Positions 36,478 to 50,646 of a stretch of DNA of 64,000 nt are shown here, piece after piece. Position 1 is the first letter of the stretch; the number at the start of each line of letters is the position of its first letter. Location of the stretch: NCBI GenBank assembly GCA_951406725.2, contig OX597824.1, forward strand, positions 19,716,001 to 19,780,000, given 5' to 3'. This DNA is from Octopus vulgaris. Lineage: Eukaryota. The notes below the pieces were generated by a model. The model saw only the letters and a list, made by a program, of their open reading frames with translations, was not told the origin of the DNA and did not search any database. Both the position numbers and the translations under genes were made by a program.

Positions 36478-39400
36478 GACAGTGAGCTGGCAGAATTGTT
36501 GGCGCATCAAACAAAATGCTTAGCAGTATTTCTTCCTGCTCTTTAAGGTCCTGAGATCAAATACTGCCAAGGTCAGTTTTGCCTCTCTTCCTTATGGGGT
36601 CGATAAAATAAGTATTTGTTATGCACATGGATCAACGTAATCAACTGAACTTTTGCCTCCTGCTAAAATTGCAGGCTTTGTGCCAAAATTTTAAACCCTA
36701 CTTTTACTACTAATCTTCTTGTTTTTCTCTAAATGATTCTGCATAAATCCCCATTCAATTTTTTTCTCATTTGTCCTTCTCGAGAACCTCGTTAAGAAAT
36801 AGCAATATAGAACAAGATTGCCTGTTGGTCAGCTGTGATGTTCCGGCCTTGTAGTAAATAACAGAAATCACTCTTGTATTACTGTTTTTTTTCTACTCTA
36901 GGCACAAGGCCTGAAATTTTGGGGGAGGGGGCTAGTTGATTAAATCGACCCCAGTATGCAATTGGTAGGTACTTAATTTATTGACCCTGAAAGTATGAAA
37001 AGCAAAGTCGACCTCGGCGGAATGCTCATGTATTAATTATTACAAAGGCAAAGGCGGTGAGCTGGCAGAATCGTTTGCATACTGGACGAAATGCTTAGTG
37101 GTATTTCGTCTGCCGCCACATTCTGAGTTCAAATTCCACCGAGGTCGACTTTGCCTTTCATCTTTTCAGGGTCGATTAATTAAGTACCAGTGAAACACTG
37201 GGGTCGATGTAATCAACTAGTCCCTTCCCCACAAATATGAGGTCATTTTGCCTCCAGTAGAAAGGATTATTATTACAAAGGCAGCAAACTGGCCGAGTTG
37301 TTAGCACACCTGCCGAAATGCTTAGTAGTGTCTCTCCTAGCTTTAGATTCCGAGTTCAAATTCTACTGAGGTTGCTTTGGCCTTTTCATCCCTTCACAGT
37401 TGATGAAATAAGTACCGGTTGAGCATGGGGGTTGATGTAATCAGTCAAACTCTTTTTATCAAAAATTTCGGGTCTTGTGCTTAGAATAGAAAAGAAAGGG
37501 TTATAGTTACACTTCTCCTTGGGGATGATCATTTCATGCTACTTGACTGATCCTACTTCCCCCTATCTGTGAAAACATCATTATTACTCTTACACTTTAT
37601 ATCATCCATCATACTTGATAAAATATATACCAATATATATATATATATATATCAAATACTGGAAGTTAATATCATTAATTACTTCTTCAGAAAGTTTCCT
37701 ACAAACCTTCCACAAAATAGTTGGATAGTGGGATCAAAATAATCAACTAATCCCTTCACCCACAAATTTCAGGCCTTGTGTCTATAGTAGAAAGGATTAT
37801 CATCGTTATTGTTCAATGCTGTGCCCTGTTATATTCAGGGTTCAATTCCTACTGATGCCGATGTTTCCTGATATCTTTTGAATGGTTGAAAATTACTACC
37901 AGTCAAATACTGTTTTATAAGAATTCCTTATGTCAATGCTGTCGATAAAATATCTATATTCAACCTACCCCATGCTTATAAACCCTTGTTGACCATGTTG
38001 GTATTGTTTCATAAATTTACATTTAAAAAAAAACTTGGAGTATATTTGTTTTTTTATGTAGTGCTTTAGTTGAAAAAATTCCCTAAGGTTTCCCTACCAT
38101 GTACCGTAATTTTGTAAATTTATTTAAAGCGTTCATCTTGTGTGTGCATGTCCTGCATATAGGAGGCGGTTCTTTATTAGGGTCATTCATATCCACTAGT
38201 ATCTACAAATACATAATATGTATACCTGCCTCCATACATATATATTCACACACACACAGTGTTTGATACTAATGAACTCACCTCAGTAAAAATATTCTGT
38301 TTTGTGTAAAGTTTTATTGCATATTAAATATTGCCATCATTGAAAGTGGCTGAATAAGAACTGTGGCTCAAATGAATAAATGGAAAAAAAAAAAAAAAAA
38401 AAAGGAAAAAAAAACCTTCGGTATTTGGTCATAATTTTCTCTTCTGGGTTCAGGTCACACCGTGATTAACTATCCTCCTTTTCATCCCTCTAAAACAGCT
38501 ACTTGTAAATATACTGTGATTGATGTAGAGAAAATAAATAGTTGCTATGCTCCACCTCTTTCAAAAAAAAAAAAAGACAATATTATCATCGGTATCTGAA
38601 ATCACCGATGCCGTGTTTATAGAGACTAATGATTCTTAGAGTTATTTTCATATGTATTATTATTATTATTATTATTATCGTTATTATTATTCCACCAAGG
38701 TTCACTTCACCTTTCACCCTTTCTGAGGTCGATGTAATTGGATTATCCCCACCATGAAACTACTGGCCTTGTGCTAAAATTTGAAATGAAATCATCATTA
38801 TTATTATTATTATTAAGGCGACGTGCTAGCTGAGTCATTAGCACGCTGGACTAAATGCTTAGTACTATTCCACTTGTCACTACATTCCGGGTTCAAATCC
38901 CACCAAGGTTGACTTTACCTTTTATCCTTTGAGGGCCAGTAAAATAAATACCAGTTAAACCCTGGGGTTCGATGTAATTGACTTAATCCCTTCTCCCAAA
39001 TTTTGAGGCTTTGTGCTTCCAGTGGAAAGGGTTGTCGTTGCTAAGGTGGCGAGCTGGCAGAAACGTTAGCACACCGGGCGAAATGCTCAGCAGTATTTCG
39101 TCTCCCGCTACGTTCTGAGTTCAAATTCCGCCGAGGTCGACTTTGCCTTTCATCCTTTCGGGATCAATTAAATAATTACAAGTAACACACTGGGGTCGAT
39201 GTAATCGACTTAATCCATTTGTCTGTCCTTGTTTGTCCTCTCTGTGTTTAGCCCCTTGTGGGTAGTAAAGAAATAGGTATTTCGTCCATCACTACATTCT
39301 GAGTTCAAATTCCACCAAAGTCAATTTACCTTTCATCTTTTCAGGATCGATAAAATACTGGGGCTGATGTAATTGACTTATCCCTTCTCTCAAAATTTCT

Positions 39401-40445
39401 GCCCTTGTGCCAAAATTTAAAATCATTTGTTGTTGTTATTATTTAGGGAACTTTTGCTATGAACAGGGTTTAACTAAATATGTAGTTTTTTTTTGGGGGT
39501 GGGGTGGGGGGTTGTATATAGATTTTCATGTTCAACAAGTCTTGGATAACTTTTGACTGATTCGTTTTTCTATCTCCTTTTTACTGAGTTGGGTACGAAG
39601 TACTTTTATAATTACCAGCTGTATGTATTAATTAGGTTTGTGTCATTGAATTAATATCAATTCAAGTAACATTTACGATGTCTCAATAAATAACTGTCCG
39701 GAACAATAAATTATTATTAGTGCTTTAGCCAAGTTGCTTCACTAATGGATGAAAACGGTTCATAACCACTACAAATTCATACACATACCATTTGATGTTG
39801 AATATACACTTGGGAAAGAATTAAGAGATTCTTACCAGGGATGTGTTTAATTTGGAACTAATAATAAGTATTTCCCGGGCAATGATAGATTGGTAAGACT
39901 TTGCCTCTCATCCTTTCGGGGTTGATAAATTAAGTATCAGTTTATGTACTGGGGGTCAATCTAATCAACTGGTCCCCTCCCCAAAAATTTCGGGCCTTGT
40001 GCCTAGAGTAGAAAGGAATAATAGATTGTCCAACACTCTAATAGTTTTACCAATGTGCAGTATTTCTTCCAGCTCATTGCGGTCTTGGTTCAAGTTTGGT
40101 CGAGGTTTACTTTACTTTTTGTTCCTCCAGGGTCGATTAAATAAAGTACCAGTCAAGTACAGAGATTTGATGGTTATCAACTTATCTTTCTCCTTCCAAA
40201 TTGCTGACCTTGTACCTAAATCAGCCTTGTTGTTTGGGTGGTGTATTAGCAGAATCATTAGCGTATCTGACGAAAGGCATTCCGAGTTCAAATCCCATGG
40301 AGGTCAACTTTGCATTTTGGGGTCGATAAAATGAAATCCTAATGAAGTACTTGACTCTGGTACTCCAATGCTTGACTGGAGGTGATGTAATCAATTTTAC
40401 CCTCCTTCTAAAAAAAGTGCTAACCCTGTGCCAAAATTTGAAACC
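36478..40445. mobile_element. Dense cluster of about 10 or more family B SINE copies (e.g. 36480-36700 +, 36895-37023 -, 37051-37270 +, 37280-37495 +, 38816-39030 +, 39043-39275 +, 39276-39420 +, 39895-40020 +)
   Basis: Repeated GAGCTGGCAGAA..GTTAGCA (A box-like), GAGTTCAAATTCC (B box-like) and GAGGTCGACTTTGCCTTTCATCC. Confidence 0.85.
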
Positions 40446-41550
40446 ATTATTATTATTATTATTATTTCTAACCTTATTTTACCACTGCACCCTAATAATA
40501 ATTGAAATAATTAGGTGGAAAGCAAATGATGATGGCAAAAGTGAATCTGATAGATTCTGTGATTTTGTTCTGAAGTGGCTTCTCTAAGTTTATACCAGTT
40601 ATATACTGAGGGTTAATTCGATCCATTACATCCTGCCTATCACAAACTTATCAGTGTTGTGTTTTATTGTTGTTTATAAAGAGAAAGAGTTTATAGAATT
40701 GGTGGAGCAGTGGATAGAAAGACATTATTTGTCATATACAGTTATTCCCCTTTGCATTTTGAGTTCAATTCCTGATGAAGCTGATTTTGCTTTTTATCTG
40801 CGTGGGCTTCATCAAAAAGAAAAAAAAGTACCATTCTTAGATACTGGGATTGATTTAATGAACTACACAGCTCTTCTTCTTGTTGTGCTTAAGTATGTTT
40901 GAATTGATTATGAGCTAAACGAGGCATGGATAATGTTTTTTCTGGGAATTAAATTAACCAGGGACTAAGCAACTATGATTAACAGAGTGGACTGTTTTAA
41001 ACATAGATGACCAATGCCACATTTACTACCAAGAAGAAAAAAAAATCTAAGGTAATCTTTTGTTAGGCTTTGCCATTAAGTTTCACACAGGCCACAGTTG
41101 ACCAGCCAGCCAGCTTGTGGCTGTGTTAAAACCCTTATGATTCGTGTTTATATTATAAACCATTGTTGACTTTTTAATAACATCCCTAGTTCTCTGGGTT
41201 ATATTAAAGAACCGCATTGTGGGTTTTTTTTTTAGCATTGGATGTCCATTGTCTGTTGGTAGAATTACCTGTTTAGTGTACTGGAATCAGTTTTGGAAAT
41301 TTTTTTTTTTTTACCAATTTCATAACAGGTTTCCAACCTGCTTTTAACATATTTTTGTCCTGGGTTAATTTAATCACCTCATAACCTACCCCCAACACCT
41401 GCTCTCTCACTCTACCACCACTGCTGTTGGTACACTACACCTAGCTATACCACTACCGCTACTACTACTACTACTATTTAAATCTATCTTGTGCATTGGT
41501 CATCTATATTTCAAGCAGTCCTCTCTATCAATCATAGTTTAGTCTTTGGT

Positions 41551-41923
41551 CAGGCTGATTCGTTTCAAGGGAGAGATTTGGTTGCTATTTCTAGCACGTC
41601 GAAGCGACCGTGTTGCCGCTCCTTCGCTGAATCCCGCTACACAGTCCGTCCAATTATTTATCTATCAGTCGTTAATCATAGTTGTTTAGTCCCTGGTCAG
41701 TCCTATTCCATCAGACTTATGATGAAAAGCCCTCCAACCGTGACCATGTGGGAGTATCCATTATTTACATTATCCAACGAAGTCTCCTCACTTGTTTTAA
41801 GGCTGGTTCGTTTCAAGGGAGAGATTTGGTTGCTATTTCTAGCACGTCGAAGCGACCCGTGTTGCCGCTCCTTCCGCTGAAATCCCGCCACACGGTCCAT
41901 CCAATTATTTATCTATCAGTCGT
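41551..41923 (+). repeat. ~120-bp direct duplication containing a further repeat family (GGGAGAGATTTGGTTGCTATTTCTAGCA)
   Basis: Copies at ~41551-41672 and ~41800-41923; related motif also near 34510, 45165, 48078 (-), 49675 and 61030. Confidence 0.85.
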
Positions 41924-41949
41924 GGTACCAATCCAGCTTGAAACTAGTT

Positions 41950-42225
41950 GTTTCCATGGAGACACCGCTGTCACAGTTCCTGCCTCTCTACCTATGTCAA
42001 GTGGTCCTGGCCCCATGTAGCAGCGATTCCCCCACACACACACACTTGTCTTACCTGTCAAGCTATGCCAGTCGTTGTCAATCCCAACTGTCCATCTCCG
42101 TTGTCTTACATGGACTGGGTTGGTCAGGGCGTCGTGTGTTAGCTGCTGTCATATCGGTTATAAATCTGTCCATTCAGCTGTCCACTCTGTTTGCCTGTCA
42201 AAGCACGTAAGCTGTGTAGCTGTCA
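41950..42225 (+). promoter_or_regulatory. Candidate intronic enhancer: RFX X-box plus homotypic CTGTCA (Meis/Hth/TGIF) cluster
   Basis: GTTTCCATGGAGAC at 41950-41963; CTGTCA at 41968, 42055, 42146, 42195 and 42220; extra TGTCA at 41995 and 42076. Confidence 0.5.
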
Positions 42226-42592
42226 ACTCTGTTATATATCTCTTTTTACCTAGTTTGTCCAACAACACAGGCCACACCCAAACCTCGCCTTTGTCGTTCT
42301 GCTTGTCCACATTAAATTTCCTTACACATATTAATTCACCAACACCTTTCTCTCTATCTCTCACCATTCTCTTCATATTCTCTGCTTTCTGTCTTTCCAC
42401 ACTTTTCACCCATCAGCTTTTTTTCTGTCTCTCCGGAACACTAACGCATAATTACGGAGTAACGCATAAGGCCAGTCAATATCCATAACTGGATATATTA
42501 GCCGTTGTGTACATGGTATATATATTGTGTGTGCATGTGTGTGAATGCACGTTGAAATATATGTATGTTTTTATGTATCACTATTATCACAC

Positions 42593-42824
42593 GGGCTGGC
42601 AAAATGGTTAGCACGATGCCAAAAAGTGCTTCGCTGCATTTCGACCGTTTTTGTGCTCTGGGTTCGAATTCCGCCGAGGTCGACTTTTCCTTTTATCTTT
42701 TCGGGGTCGATAAAATAAGTACCAGTTACGCAACTAGGGTTCGATGTAATCGACTTAAACCGTTTGTCTGTCCTTGTTTGTCCCCCTCTGTGTTTAGCCA
42801 GCCCCTTGTGGGTAGTAAAGAAAT
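42593..42824 (+). mobile_element. SINE family B, near full length
   Basis: Head GCTGGCAAAATGGTTAGCAC, B box GGTTCGAATTCC, tail GGGTAGTAAAGAAATA. Confidence 0.85.
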
Positions 42825-42946
42825 ATATATTGTGTGTGCGCATGCTCGTTGAAATATCTGTATATATTTTTATGTATCACTAATCGACTTAAAACCCAGT
42901 CCTTCGAAATTGCTGGGCTTTTTCTAAAATTTGAAACTATTACGTA

Positions 42947-42985
<39 letters not shown>

Positions 42986-43536
42986 CGTGTCATTTAGAAT
43001 AACGATACCTTTCCAAAACGCCTGGTTAACTAAGGTGTGTGTGTGTGTGTATGTGTGTTATATACTTCCATGATGAAATAAAGTTTGCGATCGATATTCT
43101 GTTTAATTGATTCTAATAGCTTTCACTCTGGAAGCTGATTTTTCTCCATGATAAATTCTTGGAGAGAGAGAGAGAGAAGCAAATAACAAAAAGAAAAAGA
43201 AGAATTCATACACATACACACACACCCATCTTGTTCAACAACGAACAACAACAACACTAAAAACAAAAAAAAAATTTCAAATAAAAGAATCAGATTTGGA
43301 AAATTGACAATTCCTTCATTTTTGGAACTGATTCCACTACTCGTATGCAAATTCGAAATCTAAAACCCATTATCAACACCGCTACCACCTCCACGACATC
43401 GTGTGTATGTGTGTGTGTGTGTATACGTAGCCTTTTCTCTCTTTTTTTTTTTTTTTCTTATGGCAAGTGTGAAAGTTTTTCAGGATGTCCTTTGATTAGC
43501 ATCGCAAAATTTCCAAGTGTTTGTTGTGAAAAGTAG

Positions 43537-43571
<35 letters not shown>

Positions 43572-43632
43572 TTTTGGTAGCAGCTCCGATTAGAGAGCGC
43601 CAGCTATAAAATTTACCAAAAGGCTCCTTTTC

Positions 43633-43723
<91 letters not shown>

Positions 43724-43725
<2 letters not shown>

Positions 43726-43857
43726 CGCAGGAGTGGCTGTGTGGTAAGTAGTTGCTAACCAACCACATGGTTGCGGGTTCAGTCCTACTGCGTGTCTTCT
43801 GCTATAGCCCCGGGCCGACCAATGCCTTGTGAGTGGATTTGGTAGAAGCCTATCGTA

Positions 43858-43910
<53 letters not shown>

Positions 43911-44119
43911 TTGTGTGTCTGTGTTTGTCCCCCTAGCATTGCTTGACAACGGATGCTGGTGTGTCTACGTCCCCGCCACTTAGTGGTTCGGCAAAAGAGA
44001 CCGATAGAATAAGTACTGGGCTTACAAAAAGAATAAGTTCCGGGGTCGATTTGATCGACTAAAGGCGGTGCTCCAGCATGGCCGCAGTCAAATGACTGAA
44101 ACAAGTAAAAGAGAAAAGA
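43724..44119 (+). mobile_element. SINE family A, near full length
   Basis: GGCGCAGGAGTGGCTGTGTGGTAAG (A box), GGTTCAGTCC (B box), tail GACTGAAACAAGTAAAAGAG; inserted in (TA)n. Confidence 0.9.
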
Positions 44120-44149
44120 TATATATATATATATATATATTTATTTATT

Positions 44150-44385
44150 TATTTATCGACCCCGAAAGAATGAAAGGCAAAGTCGACCTCGGCGGAATTT
44201 GAACTCCTCAGTCCGCCGCTTACTTTCTGAGTTCAAATTCCGCCGAGGTCGACTTTGCCTTTCATCCTTTCGGGGGTCGATAAATTAAGTACCAGTTACG
44301 CACTGGGGTCGATGTAATAGACGTAATCCATTTGTCAGTCCTTGTTTGTCCCCTTTATGTTTAGCCCCTTGTGGGTAGTAAAGTA
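44150..44385. mobile_element. Head-to-head family B SINE fragments
   Basis: 44150-44206 is the reverse complement of ~44229-44285. Confidence 0.85.
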
Positions 44386-44414
44386 TATATATATATATAT
44401 ATATGTATATACAT

Positions 44415-44548
44415 AGCGTATGGGTGAGTGGTTAGGGTGTTGCACTTAGGATCGCAAGGTTATGATTTCGATTCTTAGTCTGGTAGAGCATCATGTTCTT
44501 GAACAAAACACTTCATTACACGTTGCTCCAGTCCAGTCCAGTCAGCTA
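44415..44548 (+). mobile_element. Diverged tRNA-derived SINE of another family
   Basis: TGGGTGAGTGGTTAGGG (A box-like), GATTTCGATTC (B box-like), then TTCTTGAACAAAACACTT...GTTGCTCCAGTCC. Confidence 0.5.
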
Positions 44549-46062
44549 TAAGTTCGCAACCCTAAATGTGTGTGTGGGTGTGTGTTTCCGTCCAGTTTGG
44601 CTTGTCCGAAAAGCGGGTTAGACGCCGTAAAAATACCCCCAAATGACAGGACACTCGAATAGGATGGCCGAAATAGATTTGGGAAGGGTCATTTTACTAT
44701 TTTGTCTCTCTTTGTTGTTGTTGTTAGTTGAGCAGTTAATCGATAGCTTGACCGATCATTTGGTCGATCAAGCAGTTTTGTCGGTCCTTTTGTTACCATT
44801 TGCAACCCCGTCAACAACGAACCCTCGTCTGCTCCAAATCTCTTACCACACAGATACACACACACTTCTATAGTATATATTGGTGGTCTGAGTAGCTGTG
44901 TGTATGTATGCGTGTGTTTCATCATGAGTTATCAGTGATAAAAGGTTTCTGCAATCCCCGAGTTCTTACGATGTTCTAATAAATATCTTTACGCATACGG
45001 ACCGTGGGAGCCCTCGCCCTCGCCTTTGCTTATTCCGCTCTCGTGTTTGTTTGCTAGTTGCTGTTCTTCTTTAGTTCCAGGTCAGCCCCGACCAAGCAAA
45101 CCACTTTAATTCAATCCAATCCAATGCCTTCCTTATATTCTAAAACAGTACGGTGTGGGTTGCGGAGCAATTTGGCTGTTGTTTCTAACCGGCCGATCGA
45201 CCAAACCACATAGGTGTTGTAGCTTGCTGGTTTTATGCTGTGTCAATATTGTTATACTATGGCACGTGTTTGTATGTTTGTTACATGTTTATAAACTACG
45301 AAATTATCTCTTCTCAAGCGCTGTAATTTATACGAAAAGTGCTAGATTAATTTAAGCATTTGTTCATAGTATACGTGTGTGTGTGTGTTCATGTATGTAT
45401 ATATACATATATACGTATATAAGCACATATACACCCAGATGTAAATGAATCTGCTCTGAAACTCAGAACACACACACTCTAATTGACGAATTTACATATT
45501 TTTTAATATCAGGTGTTTACTACATAGCGATATATATATAATGTATAATTAGTCCGGTATACACACATACACAGAGATGAATGCAAGTAGACCAGGACTT
45601 CGATGTCACTATCAACACTATTGTAGAGAAAATAAAATATGTACTCTGCCAAAAAAGTATTAAGTAATCCTTCAGTTTAATTTAAAATTGCTTCTTAAAA
45701 AGCAAACTATATATATATATATATATATAAAATTATGGAGTTCTTACATATTTTCATGTTTTGCTTGGCAATTGTTAACACCTTTCGTTCGCAATGTCTT
45801 CATCTGCTGACAGAAGAAAGAGGAAGCGAATGGAGAAATGTTTATTTGCTAAGAATGTGTTGGTGGATATAAGCTAATTCAAAAGACAACCTTCGATTTG
45901 TGACAATAACAGTGGGTTGTTTTTTTTTTAAATATAAACTCAAGACTAGAAAATTAAAGGGAGATATATAAGGCAAGGGTGTAAAATCGATTTTTACAGA
46001 CCATAGTACTTGACCGATATTCGTTTTGAACCTGGAAATTATTATTTTTTAAATTCTTATTA

Positions 46063-46520
46063 AAGGTGGCTTGCTGGCAGAATCGTTTGCGTGTCGGATG
46101 AAATACTTAGTGGCATTTCATCCGGCTCTTTATGTTCTGAGTTCAAACGCCACCGTTGCCGACTTTGTTTTTTGGAGTCGATATAAGTATCGGTTGAGCC
46201 CTGGGTTCGATGTAATCGATTTCCACTCAACCACCCTCCCACACACTCAAATTCCAGGCCTTGTGTCTGTAGACGAAAGAATTATTCCTAATTTAGGCAC
46301 AAGGGCTGCAATTTTCATGGAAGAGTTTAGTCGAAATCCTCGCGACCCAAGTGCTAGACTGGTACTTTATTTTACTTACCAACCTCTGAAAAATGAAAGG
46401 CAAAGTTGGTCTCAGCAGGGGTTTGAACTGGGGAAAGTAGAGTCGAGACAAATAGTGCTCTTTACGTTCTGAGTTCAAATCTCGTCAGAGTCATCTATGC
46501 CTTTCACACTTCCGGGGTCG
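46063..46520. mobile_element. Family B SINE copies in alternating orientation
   Basis: Plus copy 46063-46290, minus copy ~46295-46430, plus fragment ~46462-46520. Confidence 0.7.
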
Positions 46521-47348
46521 CTATGGTAGACTAACCTCTCCCTCAATGTCTCTCGCCTTGTGTGCGTGTGTGTGCGCGTGTATGAGTGTCTTACTATTCA
46601 CCGGTGGTGAATAGTTATAAATTTTTAATAATAATGATTTTATAATTTATATTTAAAAGAAAATATTTTAATACGTTTTTAATCCATAATCATTTCTCTA
46701 TTTGCCACAAGGGCGACGGACGTGTGGACGTTATATAATAAATAAAAGGAGGGAAAACACAATACACACTTAGATATGTACTACGTATCCCTGCTTTAAA
46801 ATATATACCATTCATTGTATGTATGTGTATATATATGCGTGTGTATACCGCGTACTCTATGCACATGGCGTTTATGGATATATGCGCGAAAATAATGGTA
46901 AAAGTACATGTATGCAAAAACAACTGGTTGTTAATTGTCCAATTTTATGTTTATGAAAAGTAAAAGAGAAAGAAAATTGAAAGAAACAAGTGAAAAAAAA
47001 TAAACTAAATAAATTTTCTAAAAAAAAAAAAAAGAAAAGAAAAGAAAGAAATCTTCTAAACAAGTTTGAAAAGCTTCGGTTCTGTTCTGTTCTTTCCTGC
47101 CTACCTTACAATCAACTCTTTTATTATTGTCTACAAGCTATTGCCAATTCTGCTCTGCTAGCCCTCAAATTCAAAACGTGCCTCCCCTCCGTCACCACCA
47201 TCTTTTTTCTCAAACTGAACATTTTACAAGCCTGCTACTGTCACAGTAGAAACAGGCTGAAGAATTTTAGATTTTTAGAAAACTGGTTTGAATATTGATT
47301 ATTTTTTGGCCTTAACACGCGTGCGGTCTATATACGTATATGTATGTA

Positions 47349-47388
<40 letters not shown>

Positions 47389-48359
47389 TGACAACATCCT
47401 TAAAGATGCTGGTCGTATCGCTCGTGTTGAATGAAGCGAGTGCGTTGCATGTATGAATGTATGTATATGCATGTGTGTATATATATATATCTATGTGTGT
47501 GTGTAGGTTAATTTACACGTATACGTGTGCGTGCATTTGAATATATATATATATATGTATATATATTTAGTTGTCTATATAAAATGATTCCTTTCTTGAC
47601 CATATTTTAAATCTAATAAATGTCAGCTGCACTGATCTCTATCTGTTTCTTCCTCTTCTACCTCTCTGTTAACACACACTCACACACACACAAAGACACA
47701 CACGTACGCGCACACACACAAGCACGCACACGCGCGCACTCGCACGCCAGTTCTCCCACTCACACGACGATTCTGTGTGTGTGTGTGTGTGTGTTTGTAT
47801 ATATGTTATTCCATTTTCGAAAATGGGAAGAAAGTACAAGTTGCTGAATATAGATAATTTCTTTTTTTCCGTACTTGTTTATTACCAAATTTCATTTCTC
47901 TTCCACTTCCTCTTTCTCTCTATTTCTTGCTGACCATTTTAGAAAAGGTGCCAACGTCACACATTCCTTATTTTTCCTCTCTCTCTCTCTTTTTCTCTCT
48001 CTCTATCCCTCTCTCTCTCTCTTTCTACAAGGAACCTCACGGGGGAAGCTTGCTTCTTTCTTTCTATGTGGCCATTCGACCTGCTAGAAACAACAGCCAA
48101 ATGACCTCCCTCGAATCACCCCCACACACCAACCACACAAGCTTGTCTTCAGAAACACACACCGGATAATAATATGATCTGTGCTTGGTTTCTGTGTGAA
48201 AAAGACGAGATGGTCACGTCTGGAAGGAGGAATGCCTTGTTCGTTCGTTCGGTTCCGACCTGGGAGTTAAATTACAAAAATCTTCCTTACATACATACAG
48301 ATAGATAGATAGATGTATATCTGTACGGCTTTCAATTTTACATTAATTCTCTCAATGAC

Positions 48360-48480
48360 CTCTCCTCTCTCTCTCTCTGGCTCTATCTCTCTCTCGTTCC
48401 CCTCCTCTCTCTCTGGCTCTTTCTCTATCTCTATCTCTCTCGTTCCCCTCCTCTCTCTCTGGCTCTATCTCTCTATCTTT
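48360..48480 (+). repeat. Pyrimidine-rich ~40-45-bp tandem repeat
   Basis: CTCTCTCTGGCTCT x3 interleaved with CTCGTTCCCCTCC x2. Confidence 0.8.
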
Positions 48481-49856
48481 CTCTCCCTCTGTTCCTTGTC
48501 TCTTTATCTCTCTTTCTCTTCTGCCCTCACCTCACCGCCATGTTTAAATACTCATGTATTTCCTGTTTATCTTCGTCCCTTCTCTTCTCTCACATTTTAG
48601 ACTTTTTGTGTGGGTCGTTTCCTCCTCCTCCTCCCTTTCTCCTCTTCTGAATGCCTCATCTCTCTCTCTTCTTTCTACTCTCCATTTCTTCCACACACAC
48701 ACACACAACTGTCCACTCTATACACACGTGTGTGTATATACATACTTCATACACACACACATATATCTACACATATATATATATAAACCACATGGTCGCC
48801 GCACATACATACACACACACATTTATTGCTAGGTTGTTACCTTTTTGTTATTATATTCCGTATGTTTGTTTTGCTTGGCTGCTTATTCTATCAATCTCCA
48901 CCTTCCTTCCTCTTTCTTTCCTCATTCATACACACACACACATCTCTTCATTTCTTCTTCTTCCTCCTTTTCTCTCTCACTCTTTCCGCCTTGACTCTTT
49001 CTCTCTTTTTTTTTCCCGCCACCACTCCTCCCTCTTCATAACACTGTCTCTTTCTTTCTCTCTCTCTCTCTCTGCCTGACCACGATGAATTTGTCAGCCT
49101 AATGTTTGACACTGTTTTCCTGTGTGTATATATATATATATATATGTGTGTGTCTGTGTGTCCACTGTTGTGATACAATGGCCTCAGTCAGGTCAGGCTA
49201 AAGCAAGAACAAGCTTTAAATTTTGGACAAGGTTTGTTGGCCGTCGTAGTCGTCGTCGTGGTGATAGTTATCAGCAGCAGCAGTGGTGGTGGTGGTCGCG
49301 GTGGTAGTAGTAGTATTGGTAACTGCTACTTTGGCAGCAGCGGCGGCGGCGGTGGTGGTGGTGTTTAAAGTCCTCGGTCAACCTTAATAGAGCTAACAAC
49401 ATGTGACCAAGAAGCGTTCCAGTCACGACCATCCTGTCGTTTTAAAGTGCATCCTTCCTTTTTGTTTTTTTTTACCCCTCTCATGACTTGTGATTTTTCA
49501 AGTAGCTTTCTCAATTTCTGACCATCAAATAAATATTGTTTACTTCCCGAATCAACCTTGAATAGTGTGGACGTGTAATGAAAGCAAATCCAAATGAGTT
49601 CTAACCGTAACCATCCCATCGTTCTATATATATATATATTTAGGTCTACGTTATGCAATGTGACCTTATTTGATGGAGAGACTTGGCTGTTATTTCTGCC
49701 GGGTCGGTTGATCTCATAAAAGACTCCCTCTTTGACTCGAAAAGTGGGTGATGTGGAAGAAAGGACTTTGGAGCAGTCGTATTTGCTGTAGATTCAATGA
49801 TGAAACACTGTGGCTGTTTCGAATAGACCTGTAGTCACAGACGTGTCATACATTGT

Positions 49857-49892
<36 letters not shown>

Positions 49893-50596
49893 CCTACATT
49901 ATCTGATGTATATCTCTGTTTTTATACATGAGATGAACCCTAGCATTTGACGAAAGTCTAACTGCTATTTCTAGCATGACAACACTGTTACAGTCGTGCA
50001 GTGGTTCGAGTATTTTAGAAGTGATGATGTTCATGCCTTTCCTTGTATGACATTGCTTTAAAACTTGCAATTGGGTCGTAAATTCGGTTCGCCAAGTGCT
50101 TACCACCGTCACACCCAACGCAATGATCATAATGTTACCCTTTTCGATTAGATACAGCGCCGGGGTTTTTTGGGGTTTTTTTTTTTTAAGGATCGGTCAC
50201 AGTATATTACTGGTATTATTTTGTCATACACTAACGTCTATGGTGATGCCGACGACGACAATAATAATAATAATGATTCTCGTTTGTATGACTACGAGGC
50301 ATTCATTCATGCCTTTTTGGTGAGCTGAGCATCGGGATAAGGAACAGTAAAAGTGGAACAAGAATCGAGCTTGATTTTGGAATAATATTAATACCGAAAT
50401 AGAGATGTTTATGCTATGATAGGAGACACAGAAAAATATGATCAGCTGTGATCGTATTCCACTAATTCTCTCTCTTGCTTTTTTCTGTCTTTCTTTCATT
50501 ACTTTCGTTCGTCTGTTTAGCACTTCTGTCTCTCATTCACTCTGTCACACACACACACACGTTCGGTGATTTCTTATATGTACTATTCTCCAATAC

Positions 50597-50599
<3 letters not shown>

Positions 50600-50646
<47 letters not shown>

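Noticed and set aside
43724-43800. tRNA genes
   Set aside because: A/B-box sequences are SINE heads continuing into SINE bodies; no complete cloverleaf.
47230-47260. Short hairpins (also ~1994, ~16690, ~23686, ~38588, ~44745) as miRNA candidates
   Set aside because: Stems are too short or irregular, and I recognised no known mature miRNA sequence.
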